Below are positions 1 to 11,940 of a DNA stretch of 64,000 nucleotides, one piece after another (position 1 is the stretch's first letter; each line of letters starts with the position of its first letter). Source of the DNA: Bigelowiella natans CCMP2755. Its lineage: Eukaryota; Protista; Cercozoa. Below the pieces are notes generated by a model. It was not told the DNA's origin. It made no database searches and saw nothing but the letters and a program-made list of their open reading frames with translations. The stretch is taken from assembly GCA_000320545.1 (NCBI GenBank), contig ADNK01000237.1, positions 1-64,000 on the forward strand, written 5' to 3'. Position numbers and translations under genes: made by a program.

Positions 1-187
1 AAGCCTTTCGCCTCCTCCTCCTCCTCCTCCTCCCTACCTCCTCCTCCTCTTCCATGCATTCGCTTCTCTCTGGGTTGTGCTCCCATCCCGGTATTCTTTT
101 CCCCTCGCGCTCCCACCTGGACAGAAAGAGTAGACGTGACAGAATAGGAGGGTGGAGGATGAGGATCTTAGGAGCAATAGGAAGAAG

Positions 188-224
<37 letters not shown>

Positions 225-678
225 GTGATGGGAAAAGAGCTATCAAAGGAGAGAGAAGAGGGGCTAAAAAATATGAGTTCTTTGCTTCTCCGATGTTTGT
301 TGTTGTGAGGGGCCGGCGGGGGGGGAGGGATTCCAAAAATTCACCTTCCTTCTTCTCGCAGCTGACAGAAGCAACGGTATCGATCGAAATTACTTGTCAT
401 CATCGTCGTCGTCCTGCTGCCCCTTCTTCTTCTCTTTCCACCGATGATTCTTCCTTCTTCCTTCTGCTCAGGGGGAGGTCCCAATTCATACGTCACGTGG
501 CCGCGTGATATTGCTACCCGTCTGCGCCTAGCAATCTGCGGTTTGTTTCTACGTGGGTTGCTATCATGCAGAGCTGCTTCATTGGCGTTCTTACCCTCGA
601 TTTTGTCCTCATCCTCGACGCTTCTGGCCAGGTCATCAGTAGGTTGGGTAGGCCGCTGTAACGACAACGACGACGACA

Positions 679-711
<33 letters not shown>

Positions 712-1988
712 CGCTCTTTGATGGCATTTCCCTCTTAAGAACACTCGCACTCTCATATCCTTGCTTAGTTTTATCGTCGCCTTTATTGGAAATAGCAGAT
801 GTTGCTCCTTTACTAAGATGTAGCTGGCGTAACTTCTGGGCCAAGTGCGCTGCAATCGCCTTTGGGGTGGCCAACAACATGATATCATCGGCTGTCACAA
901 TCTCGTCTCCTCCTCCCTCTCTTCCTCCTCCTCCTTCCTTTTCAGGGCTGATATAGCTCTGTCGCTGGGAAATGAGCGGCGCCAGGAAGCGGTGTAGCTC
1001 GAATGCCACAAACGTGGCCATAATGGAGTCACCGCCAGCTTCTGAAAAGTCAAGATCTCTGTTGATGATAGTGAGCATGGGATTGCTGCTGCGGTCAGGG
1101 GCGTTGGAATCTTCGTCCTTCTTCTCAAGCTCTTTGTAGAAATCATCATTTCCTTCTTTGATCTCCTCCTCCTCCTCCTGCTTCTGCTGCTGCTGCTGCC
1201 GCTGCCGCCCCTTGTGGTAACCCCTCGTCGCCGCCATCATCGTCGTCGCCTTCTTTTTTTCCTCATTCCGACCCTTACTCACAATTTCACTGTGATTCTG
1301 ACTACTGCCAAGACTTCTACGAAGACTACTACTACTGCTGCTCCTACTACCATGTAAGTCAAGGCCCAGCACCGAGGAAAACAGCCGTGCAACCACCTTT
1401 TTATCAGATGTTTCATGTAATCATGAGAGAATAGGGGAGGGGGAACACGAGGGAAGCTCGCCATCATCCCAAGAGGTGCGATAAAAATATAATCACGACG
1501 CTTTCCCATGCAAGTCGGCTGTTTCAGAGCGCAGCGTCGCCCAGGCGACAAAGTACCTTCTCAACTCACCGCACACGATACAGCTAATACTGATTATGAA
1601 GTATCTTTCTCCTACCTCAGCAAGCTGCTGTTCCCCCAATCGCCAAGCTCCTTCATCATCATCATCATCATCGTCATCACCTCGTGCGAGCCTCCTCAGA
1701 TGCAGGCTTGTTCTTTGTAGTCGCTGTTGTTGCCGTTGCTGCAGCTGCGTAGGTAGCACCAGGAGAACACGAATAGGCGACGAGAGCAAGAAGAGCCATC
1801 AGACACATTGTCAGTTTCGATACATCTTAGATGGTACATGATCTCAATTCTCAGCATTTGTCATCACTGATTCTTCTCTAACCCTACTCTCCTTTCTTCC
1901 TACTCTCCACATCGGAAGGAAGGGGGGGGGGAGTGGTAGCGATGTTTCATGGTCAGTAGATCATCTTCTTAGTCTTCTCTTCTTCCTC

Positions 1989-2033
<45 letters not shown>

Positions 2034-2129
2034 GTTTGCCTGGAATGAGCTGTCCACGTAGGACTGGAGCATCGTTTTGAGTTTCCTACATTTACGATGA
2101 GAGGGGTGGGAGGAGGCTTCTTGTATAAA

Positions 2130-2173
<44 letters not shown>

Positions 2174-4114
2174 ATTCTCTACATGCACATCCCTAATTAT
2201 ACATACGTTCCCTCTCCCTTCACTTAGACACAGAATTTGTGAATCATATGTATAATTTGTACATGTAGCATTCGAATGGCACAAATATCGTCAATGAAGT
2301 TCTCATCGCAGAAGGGAGAGGGGGCGGGGGGGGGGGAGATCATCGCGGTGCTCCTCAATCCCCCACCACTTTGATTTAAATGCGTTCGCAAGCTCACCGC
2401 CTGTCGAGCTTGCCACTTGATGTTCTCGGAAGTTGCGACGTCTGGACAAAGACCACGGGAACCTACATAAATCATGACAGGATCATCATCATCATCATCA
2501 TCATATTTTCCTCACTTCCAGGAAACGGTGATAGGCTCACATCCAAGGACCACAACCATTCGCATGCCGCATGGTCTTCTGAATAAACTCCCTCCCCCCT
2601 CCTCTCTACCTCCTCCACATGTTTATCGTTGCTGAACAGTCGGTACTACCTCCGCTTCCCGAGTTAACGCCTTCATAATGGCCATGCGCGCCCCCCTAGC
2701 CCAGCGCTCGTTGCAGCGCCTGAACGCCGCGGGGACCTGGGGAGGGGGCTTGGAAGACCGTGATGACAGCAGTCGTGATGCCGAGAACGAAGGCAAATTA
2801 ATATTATCATTATTATCGTTATTATCATCGTTGTCATCATTATTAATTTCAATCCTGCGGGGACTGCCCGTTGCTTCGATGGCCGCTGCCAGTCGCATCG
2901 TGTAATGATGCTCGTCGCTGCCACCATCGCCGCCGTCGATGCGTGGGAGGGCAATTCTGCGTCGTACAACGTAATTGTTGCATTACCAGGAATGATGATG
3001 AATATGTTGTTGTTGTTGTTGTTGTTGTTGTTGTCGTTACATAGTTGTGGGCGTGGGCAACGTCGACGACGATGGTTTACTGCCAGCACTAGTTCTTCTT
3101 CTTCTTCTTCTTAATTCCACTACTACTACTACTAGTAGTAGCAGTAGTTGTACACTGCAATTGAGGAATCAGGGTGTACCATGTCGTTGTTACCTGATTG
3201 AAGCGACACCCGCGCAAGCTACGCTTGGAAGGCGTAGTAGGGCATCCTCCTTAGAAAGAGATAGAATAAGAGAATAATGAATCAGGATAAGGGAGCCCGT
3301 ACTATCAGCAAAGTCCCTCGAAGTTGCACATCATCATCATCATCATCATCATCACCATCGATCCGCAATCAACCGTCGGAGTCTTTGAACTATTAGTTCC
3401 CTTCCAAGATAAGACGCTACGAGTAACCCCTCCCATCCTCCCCCCCCATCGTCCCTATCTTCTTCCTTCTTCTCCTCCTCCTCCTCCCAATTCACCCCAT
3501 CATCCATCTATCCATCAATCATCCTTCTCACCACGAGGTCCATGCGAGCCCAGCGCCCCGCAAGCTTCACTCTCGTATTGCTCCTCCCCAAAAAGTCGAT
3601 CCTTCTTCGTTTTCGCGTCGTGCAGTTTCCCCCCCTCCTACTGCTGCTACTGCACGCTACCAGTGAGTTGCTACGGCTGCTTGTACTACTATCACTGCTA
3701 CGATTCCTAGCACTAACGTCTTCTTCTGGAGCCGGCGCGCCCTCCTCTTCTCTATCGTCAACGGCTGCGACGCGCACTACATCCCCCGAACACCACAGCC
3801 GTTGCAACGGCTTGGACGAAGACGGCGACGAAAGCGTTGTTGACGACGGGCTTTTCACCACGAAAAATGTGCCAGCTGGGATGATAGCCATGTCACCGTC
3901 TGTGCGATTCTTCCTGCCCATCACAGTTTCAATATCTCCTGCTTCACCGTCACCGCCGTCGGCGAGATGGGTCGAAGCCCTCTTGCGCCCCCCGTTGCAT
4001 TTACTATCCTGACTGTCAACTAGAGACTGTAAGGACGGGGAGGTTGGAGAGGAAGAGGCAATGTAGCCCAGGGAGAGGCAGCTGCCACCAACACAGAGAA
4101 TCCCCTCCAGGGTC

Positions 4115-4152
<38 letters not shown>

Positions 4153-4822
4153 CTTGTTGCGATGGCACACATCCTCCAGGCTAAGGACTTGTGCCTCCAG
4201 CTGCTTCAGCATCATTGTGCGAACCCCACCATCTTCGCCGTCGTCGCTCTTCCCATTGTCAACATTGCAAACACGGGCCTCAAGCGGCATCGTAGCCGTC
4301 GTCACCGTTTCTTTCTGTTCTTCTATCTTAGAATTCCTCTCCTCCTCCTCCTCCTCCTCCTCCTCCTCCTCCTCCTCCTCATTTGTAGAGGCTTCCACGC
4401 CGCTGCTAATTTTGACAAGTAGGGGCTTCTTCACCCCCCTCCTTTGCCCAAGCAGCGGCAGGGCCCTCGTATTTGTAAGGAGATAGAGGGAAACTCCTGG
4501 GAGCGGAGAACCGAGAGGGACATAACCGTTTTGCCCCTCCGTTGACATGTGGTGATTACGATGATCTGCCTTCGTTCTGGGGGAGGGCAGCGATGATGAT
4601 GAAGAGAATAATGATGTCGAGGGTGAAGACGATGATGCCGAGAAGGATGATGGAAAACAGTCTTGGAATGTAGCGTCGGCGCTCGTCTCAGTGCTCCCAT
4701 ACAAGTTCAGCAGAACCGCGCTGTTTAATTCGGAATTAAGTTGATACTAACTGTACTCATGGCCTCTCCACTTACGCTATTTGTAGAACATTTTGGAATA
4801 TTTCTATGGATATAGATGGTTT

Positions 4823-4860
<38 letters not shown>

Positions 4861-5576
4861 AGATCACGATTCGTATTAAGTGTTAGCGGCTCCAAAAAAA
4901 CAGAAGGACCTTGATCTGCGCATCATGCGCATTCGAATCCTGTGTGCTAGAGACGTGAGAAGAGGCTCCCCGGAGGAAATAACAAGCCGCAACGGTGACG
5001 ACGAGGAGGGGGGCGGGGGTGGGAGGCGGGAAGCTAGAAATGAAGATATTTGTGATGATGCTGATGACCATCGTTCTCTCTTCGCCCTCTTGCGTATGCG
5101 GTCCTCGTCCCGATTTCTGCTGCTATTAATCAAGTCGGCAGTCGCTGCTGCTCGAGCATCATCCCCCCCCCTGCTCCAAGGCGCTAAGGCTGCCAGCTGC
5201 TGAAGCACACTTGGGGTCGAAACCATCCGGGTTACCTTCGCCAAACACACAAAAACAAAAGCGCGTCGTGTTGATGTGGCCGCGTATCTGTGGGTGTGGG
5301 GAGGTAGGGGATGATGAAGGGATTGGATGGTATATTACCCGATACAAATCGATCGCGTTGGCAAGCACGGACGGGCGGCGGACGAGGGCTGGTGGAGCGA
5401 CGATAACTCGTATCGGAAGCGGTGCACCCAAAGGGCCTAGCATTTGCCATATGGAGTCCACGAAGGACGGCGAAGACGACCTATGAGCAACAGCGAAGGC
5501 AACGGTGCCGCATCATATTTACACATCCTCTTACACTATTCCTACTGCCACACACACACACACACACACACTTAAT

Positions 5577-5630
<54 letters not shown>

Positions 5631-6243
5631 GGGGGGGGGGGGGCATGCGTGTCCATGGTGCATGGATATGCGTATAAGTCTTCAGGTGTTAAATATATAT
5701 AAATACCTGTGAATTTGTGTGTGTGTGTGTAAGGGGGGGGAGGGGGGGGGGGGCTTCCAAGCGGTGAGTCTCTAAGTTTCATGCATATATTCCTGCCCTC
5801 CTGCCAACCCCTCCTTCTCAAAATACAACCATAGAGCTACGTCGTCAGCAGCCCATGGGTACGCACGATACATCCAAAGAAAACGGTTGCGGAACCCTCT
5901 CTGCGAAAAATGTGAAAAAATCGCACAGCAATATAATTATGGTCACAATCACGTTGTCATCGCACTCAGCAAATCACGCACTTTCGAGCATCGTACGCCC
6001 TTGCTTGGCCCGCTGGAACCACTGGTGAACACGACGCACATCTCATCGCTGTCACAAGCCTTTTCGGCTTGACTTTCGAACGGACAAGCTGCGCCGATCT
6101 GCCCCACAATTCTTATATCGTAGGGATTAGTTCCTTTGTCTGCCTCGGCCCAGGCATCTGCGTAGCTGTCGTGTGTGTAAGAGACAATCAACAAACAACA
6201 AAACCGAGCAGGTGATGGGAAAGATACGTCATAGAAGGAAGTG

Positions 6244-6283
<40 letters not shown>

Positions 6284-6719
6284 AACTGTCTCTCTTCATT
6301 CTCACAATATAACAGTTCAGAGCATAATCACCAACATCAAAACTACACGAACAAAACCAGTGCTCACATGTCATCTACACATTTAAATTAAATGCGATTT
6401 TTTGGTGTAATTACGCGTCGGCTTGCAGATCCTCCCGAAGCAGTAGCATAGAATGGTGCAAGTTCTGGAGGCACTTCTGTATCGCAACAATTACGAGCGG
6501 CCTTGCCGCGCGAAAAAGGGCTGGGAAGGATGCGCGTGGATGGTCTGGATCGAACAGTACGAAGCTAGCACCGATAGATATGGCCTATTTGTATTCGTAT
6601 TTGTATAGCACCACATCACATGATGGTGGGCGTGCTGAGATGAGCACAAACGACGTCATAGTATGGCAAGCCTCAGGAAACATTCGTTCGGGTGGTGGAA
6701 TAATTAGGTGTAGTCTCTT

Positions 6720-6778
<59 letters not shown>

Positions 6779-7279
6779 GCCAACACACTCTCAAAAACGA
6801 GCTCACAGACACTCATAATGCAGTCAGTAGATGGGCAATTCACTCGCCGAAAAGGCACAGCATACAGTATATCAAGACGTACACTTAAAGCACGACGTGC
6901 ATCCAATTTATTTTTACCGCTATCGCGGCTGCTGCTGCCACAGCCCCAGGCTCGGCATATATCCCCACGCGGCAACCTTTTTTGCAGCCCTCAACCCTCA
7001 ACCGCCTTTTTATCCTAACCACCAGCTTGTTCATGTCTGCAAACGTCGTCTCCCTAGCCACGCTACCGTCACCTGCCAGCTCGGTCATGGCAACTGTGAT
7101 CGACAGAAAAAAGCACGCAACACGAAATAAGCTTGATCCTACGGACAGGTCAAGAAATGTGAAAACCTACTTCGATTGCCGTCCCTTTGCTGGTGATGGG
7201 CGAGGGCAGCGCCGATCCAATCCATGCTGGGTGACGCGTGCCAGAGTCCTCGGAACGAGGAGATTTTGTCTCCTGACAT
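1..7279 (-). CDS. AASDH/ACSF4-like NRPS-type enzyme (adenylation + PCP domains; C-terminus, probably a PQQ-like propeller, lies outside the window); multi-exon, 3'-partial
   Basis: Spliced start MSGDKISS..RDGNR|IAMTELAG (ATG 7279). A-domain motifs in order: VVFTSGSSGPSKGV (~6000-6040), SFVDSIWQMLGPL, LVISSGEPL, NLYGSTETSAD, LGSPLPG, LCVGGSCLSLGY, SGDVVR, FLGRSNTRVKLAG. PCP motif DFSEAGGDSIMA (~1020-1050). Confidence 0.75.
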
Positions 7280-7546
7280 GGTGAGCAACGGTTTGCACCG
7301 GAAAACATCTAAAATATCATGCCATTTTTACGTGACGACTTGACATAATTTTGATGAATCTTGAAAAATCAGCGGAATTGGGTCTAATTCCGCTGCGCTT
7401 CGCTGACCAACTAAGGTGGACCGTGTGGACGTGGCTGTCAGGAAGTTTCATTTCCTGCTCAGGATGGATGCTTTGCGTCGTCGTCATTTGGCTGCTAGTT
7501 GTGATGCCTTTCAATGCTTAGATCGTGCCAATTTGCATGAACCCCA

Positions 7547-8420
7547 CTAGTTTACTAGTCAGTCCTCACTGAAGCCAGTTCAAGGCACTGCATTTCGTGC
7601 ACTGCAAGTGTCTTGCCACACTTTGGAAGTGCAGTTTTCCATCATGGTTCTCATTGTTCCCTTCTGGTTTCACTCGTTGGGCCTCACCAAAGTTGGTTCG
7701 AGGCACTGCGTTTCGCACACTGCAAGGGTCATGCAATGTTTTGGAAACGTTGTTTGTCATCATTGTTCATTGTGCATGCACGTTTGCACCTTGGCCCGTG
7801 CAGTGGATTGGCAAACTTTTCTACACTTCTTTCTTTCTTGGGTGGCTGGGGTGGCACTGTCCACATGGATTGGAGAGTCGCAGCACATCGATTGTCAACG
7901 TGCTCTTCGCATGCACACTCTTTGCGTGGTGGCATTGCTGCTGAATGATCGAGTGTTTGGGCAGTCACAGCACTCCAGCAATGCGGGATCACAGAACCGA
8001 AGACAGAAAACGGTTGATGGAGCAATGAACAGACGTGTTTCATGACCTTTCCACTTCACTAGCATCATGTCTGCTGGTCAAGCAGATGTATGTGCACTCT
8101 CTGAGGGTTCTGTGCTGCTTCAAACTTCGGCTTGTTGAGACACATGTGCAGGCACAGCACCCCGCTCGCAACTTTGGCGTTGTGCAAACGGCCCAAGGCT
8201 CAAGTGAACGCCAAAAAACAAAATTTGGACTAGCTGCAAAATTGGATGAATGAGAGGCGTGAATGCTTTCTTGATGAGCGTGCAAGATTTTGTTCTGATG
8301 CAGGAAACTTGAAGTGTTTTCAACCACTGCATTCACATTCGCATGCATGCTGCATGTTTTGTGAAAGTTCTGATGTTTTTCACAATTTGCAAACCATGTT
8401 GACATTCATTTGCGCATCAA
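7547..8420. mobile_element. Degenerate repeat/TE remnant with two copies of a ~70-100 bp repeat unit; strongly TpA-depleted
   Basis: Units at ~7547-7650 and ~7693-7772 (gttcRaggcactgcRtttcgYRcactgcaa..ttggaa) recur inverted at 12955-13063. No intact ORF. A possible chromodomain-like LVKWKGH lies on the minus strand at ~8042-8062. Confidence 0.6.
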
Positions 8421-8446
8421 GACCGACGAAGTATTGTCACAAGCGA

Positions 8447-9268
8447 CTACACCAAATCCCAAAGAGGGTCATCTTCATCTGGAATTTTGTGCTCATTTTT
8501 CCTGTCAGTAGCCGGAACCATTGTGCTATCCCTCGTACAGTTCAACGGTTTCGTGAGCAAAGGATTATGACCCGATGTGAGCCTGTTCTCTACATAGTAT
8601 CTTCTAGCTTTCATTATGCTTGCTTTCGATGGCACCTTCTTCGCCCCCTTATGCTTCCTTCTTTTCGTGATATGTTCGCGAGGAATCATCGTTATGTAAG
8701 CTACCAGTCTTGCCAAAGGTTCACTTTCTCTTCCAGGCAATGCTTTTGATACTCCGGCTGAGTAGTCAATGCCTTGAGCACAATGAATAACACGCGAATC
8801 CCACATCAGGAAGTCTCCTGGCTTCAACACAGCCTGTTGAGCCTTGCTTAAATACTTGTCATAGTCATCACTCTTAGTGACTTTAACGTAGTCAACCTGT
8901 TATGATTGCCGACTAATTCAACCTGCTATCACTTTTGAATGTAAGTGAATGCATATCTTGTTGCATATTTTTTAATTCGAAATGGCATTTAATGATGGTG
9001 AAGTATACTTTTGCACGAGACACAGGTCAGTGTGGTCTTTTCCTTTGTTTCTAGGATAATTTTTGTTACTCACCGTATTTTGCCGAACGGACTTTATTGT
9101 TCTCGAACCATCGAAGACCTTCTTAAAGTCTTTGTGAGATCCCTTGACAAGAACCGTACTTCCAGTTGCTGCGGTAGCCTCATAGAAGTTCAAAATGCCT
9201 TGATACGTTGTAAGTTCAGGATCGCTATAGTAGCTTTGGTCGATGTGAAACCTTTTGTTACATTACTT

Positions 9269-9312
<44 letters not shown>

Positions 9313-9435
9313 ATTTTCTTCAGCTATTATGAAGTTTTCAATCTTAATGGAATCCATTTGTTTCACTTTTTGTCACGGCGTAAATATCGTAAAATAGTAC
9401 ATTCTACGTTTTTGATACGTGTATGTATGATGATG

Positions 9436-9472
<37 letters not shown>

Positions 9473-10319
9473 CATTTCAGAGTAATTTAAAATTTTAGAA
9501 ATATACATCGCTCAGAAAAATGGTCAGGGAGAATTACCATCCGCGTTTCGTAAGCCACGATTTACTTCCGCCTGGAAACCCTTCGGAAAGCATTTGAGTA
9601 TAATATAGAGCATATTCATCATTTATTATACATTTTTTGATTGATTAATTATCGTCCTCTTACATGGATTTCGATAGGCTCCCCAGCCATCAAAAGAAGT
9701 AATGAGCTCATTGGAACCCCACACACTTTCAAATGCCCTTCGCACGCCAGATATCAACCGACAGTACCACATGAACTTGCTCTGCCCCACCCCAAATTTG
9801 GAGCAAACTCCATTTTTTGGGAAACTAGAATATGTCGGAAGTGGATTAGTGTGTAATTATAAAAACATCAATACCCCTCGGTAATTATTGAGCTTTGTGT
9901 GTACTTAGAACATATCGTTAAAAGAGAGAAATTACACCAGATTTGGTTCCAATTTCCGTCTCCGAAGCTCTGTGGATCATCTTTACAGATTTTTCCAGGC
10001 GAATTTTTAACCCAATCCCAAAAGAGAGCCTCAGCTTCCTTCAACTCTCCAGACTGTCATGCAAAGTTAGATATCCTAGGGTGAGATGTAAAAACTTCCA
10101 TTTTTGTGCGTTTGAAGATGACGGATATTACCGAAGCCGTGCCCTCAAAAATTACAGCCCCGTACTTCTCCAATGCTGCCAGTGCTTTCTCCGAGAGCTT
10201 CTCTTCGTTGATTGATACCCTAGAGATCTCTCCTGCTGGAGATCGAGGCAAGGGGCCTGGTCGTTGCTCGCCTAAAAATGAGCTCTCTAATCAGTCTTGC
10301 TGTATTCGTCTGCATTCAT
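8447..10319 (-). CDS. Phytanoyl-CoA dioxygenase (PhyH)-family Fe(II)/2OG oxygenase; multi-exon
   Basis: LEKYGAVIFEG, GQSKFMWYCR..AFESVWGSNELITSFDG, spliced WFHIDQ (HxD), QGILNFYEATAATGSTVLVKGSHK, LKPGDFLMWDSRVIHC (distal His). Start inferred via a short GC-AG intron. Confidence 0.8.
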
Positions 10320-10543
10320 GAAACGTGCATTATTTTTCCATAGAGTGTTCAAGCTCCAAGTACGTGATGGCGCATGCATGGCATCTATGTTTATGCGCAA
10401 GCTCATTCTCACCCCCGGCCATCATAGCCTGAAACTTTCGGATTATGTGGGAGCTGGTCAAAAGTATTCTCGAGTATTCCAATGGTGTTCCTGGAAATTT
10501 CTAGTTAGAACTCTCTGAAAAAAAACGGCAGGTCGCTGTGAGC

Positions 10544-11374
10544 ATGTCCATGGATGTTGCAGGATCAAAATTTAGAAAAATTACCTGAATCTTGGTTTCT
10601 GATTGAAAACAATGAAAAATCGCGCTTTTTATGCATGCGACATGCATATTATTGCAGTAACACTAGAAGGATACCGGTATGTGGAAGATTTTTGGCGGGA
10701 AGGTCTTTGGGGCACAGAAGGTAGATTGACCATGTCGCAGGGAAGGAACATCAAGTGTTTTCCTACCTACTCACATGAGACAACTCAAAATGGAGAACGG
10801 GGAAGACATTCCTGGCACTCCCTGTAAGTAATCCCCCCCCTCCTTGTAATTATGTGAGTCTATAAATGTATTAATTACCAACAACATAACAATAGAAACC
10901 CTTACAATTTGGTGGAAATCTAACACGTGTATTGTACACAGCAGAGGCAAGGACGCCGACACGAAGAAGTAGACACATGAAGGAGGTATACCTTTTCAAT
11001 TAAGAAAGCGAGTTTTGAAATAAAAACGTAACATTGGGATATGTCAGGGTGTTCTTAAAGAAGATGGAGAGATTCATGAAGTCCTATCAACGCAATCTTC
11101 TGATAAAGGGGATGTTAAGGAGGACAACCAAGAGCTCGCTCATTTAAATAAGGTGGAAACAATGGTATTAAAAGTTAACGAAAATCTTGTGAAAATGACC
11201 TCGAAGCTGGGAGATATGGAAAGGTATTACTTAATTTATAGCACAGCAAATGCTTAGCTGAAAGCTTGTTTATTTAGAGTCATGTCAAACACGGAGATTG
11301 TAGTAGATAAATGGCTCGGGATGTGGCAAACAACACGAAGCAAGGAGAACATCAACCACCCGAACATTCGCTAG
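10544..11374 (+). CDS. Small multi-exon coiled-coil protein, possibly DASH/Dam1 kinetochore subunit Duo1-like (not in ORF track)
   Basis: Phase-consistent GT-AG splicing gives ..HMRQLKMENGEDIPGTP|SEARTPTRRSRHMKE|GVLKEDG..ELAHLNKVETMVLKVNENLVKMTSKLGDMER|VMSNTEIVVDKWLGMWQTTRSKENINHPNIR*. First exon uncertain. Confidence 0.55.
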
Positions 11375-11940
11375 ACTACCAGCAAGAACATTTTGTGCAC
11401 AGGTGGTGTGGTTTATGTGCACAGAACCTTAAAGTAGTTTGCGCAAACTTTAGGCACAGTGTGGATTGTGAAGCGTATACGTTGTGTTTGTTGTGTTCGC
11501 TGAAAGCTCATTTTGATTTTTTCACACACTGAACACAATCATTTCGCATCGGCTACCCAGAACCTTCACGCTATGTTGTCCAACCATTGCATGTGCAACG
11601 TACAACACGCACAAATTGTGCAGCAGAAAAGCAGATTCCTTGTGTCCATCACCGCTACTAGGCTAGCTTGGAGCGCACACGGCGATCGATGGATATGCAA
11701 CATGCACGATGGGAGCAGTCACCGTTCGCTGTATCACACATGATGCCATGATGTGGCCACTTGCATTGTGTAGACACAGCACACAGTAACAGCATGTGCA
11801 ATGTGTGTGTAGTATTACATGTCAGTTGTTTGCTAGCGCTAGCTAGCTTGACATCATCAACACATCTAATCTAGACATGTGAAATGACAACGTGGTTGAC
11901 AAGTGTTGTCATCGGACAACAACGCATGATTGACCTGCGC

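Noticed and set aside
34-6888. Numerous CVCV/THTH/ERER/LSLS ORFs here and elsewhere in the ORF track
   Set aside because: Translations of intronic microsatellites or antisense frames of real exons.
7960-8340. Gypsy integrase/chromodomain assignment (RVHIHLL..KHVCSLL; LVKWKGH)
   Set aside because: Short motifs in conflicting frames with stops. Suggestive of Y>H decay but not enough to classify the element.
7561-8420. Classical fungal RIP or simple CpG decay as the cause of TG/CA richness
   Set aside because: RIP increases TpA, and CpG is largely retained here. The missing dinucleotide is TpA.
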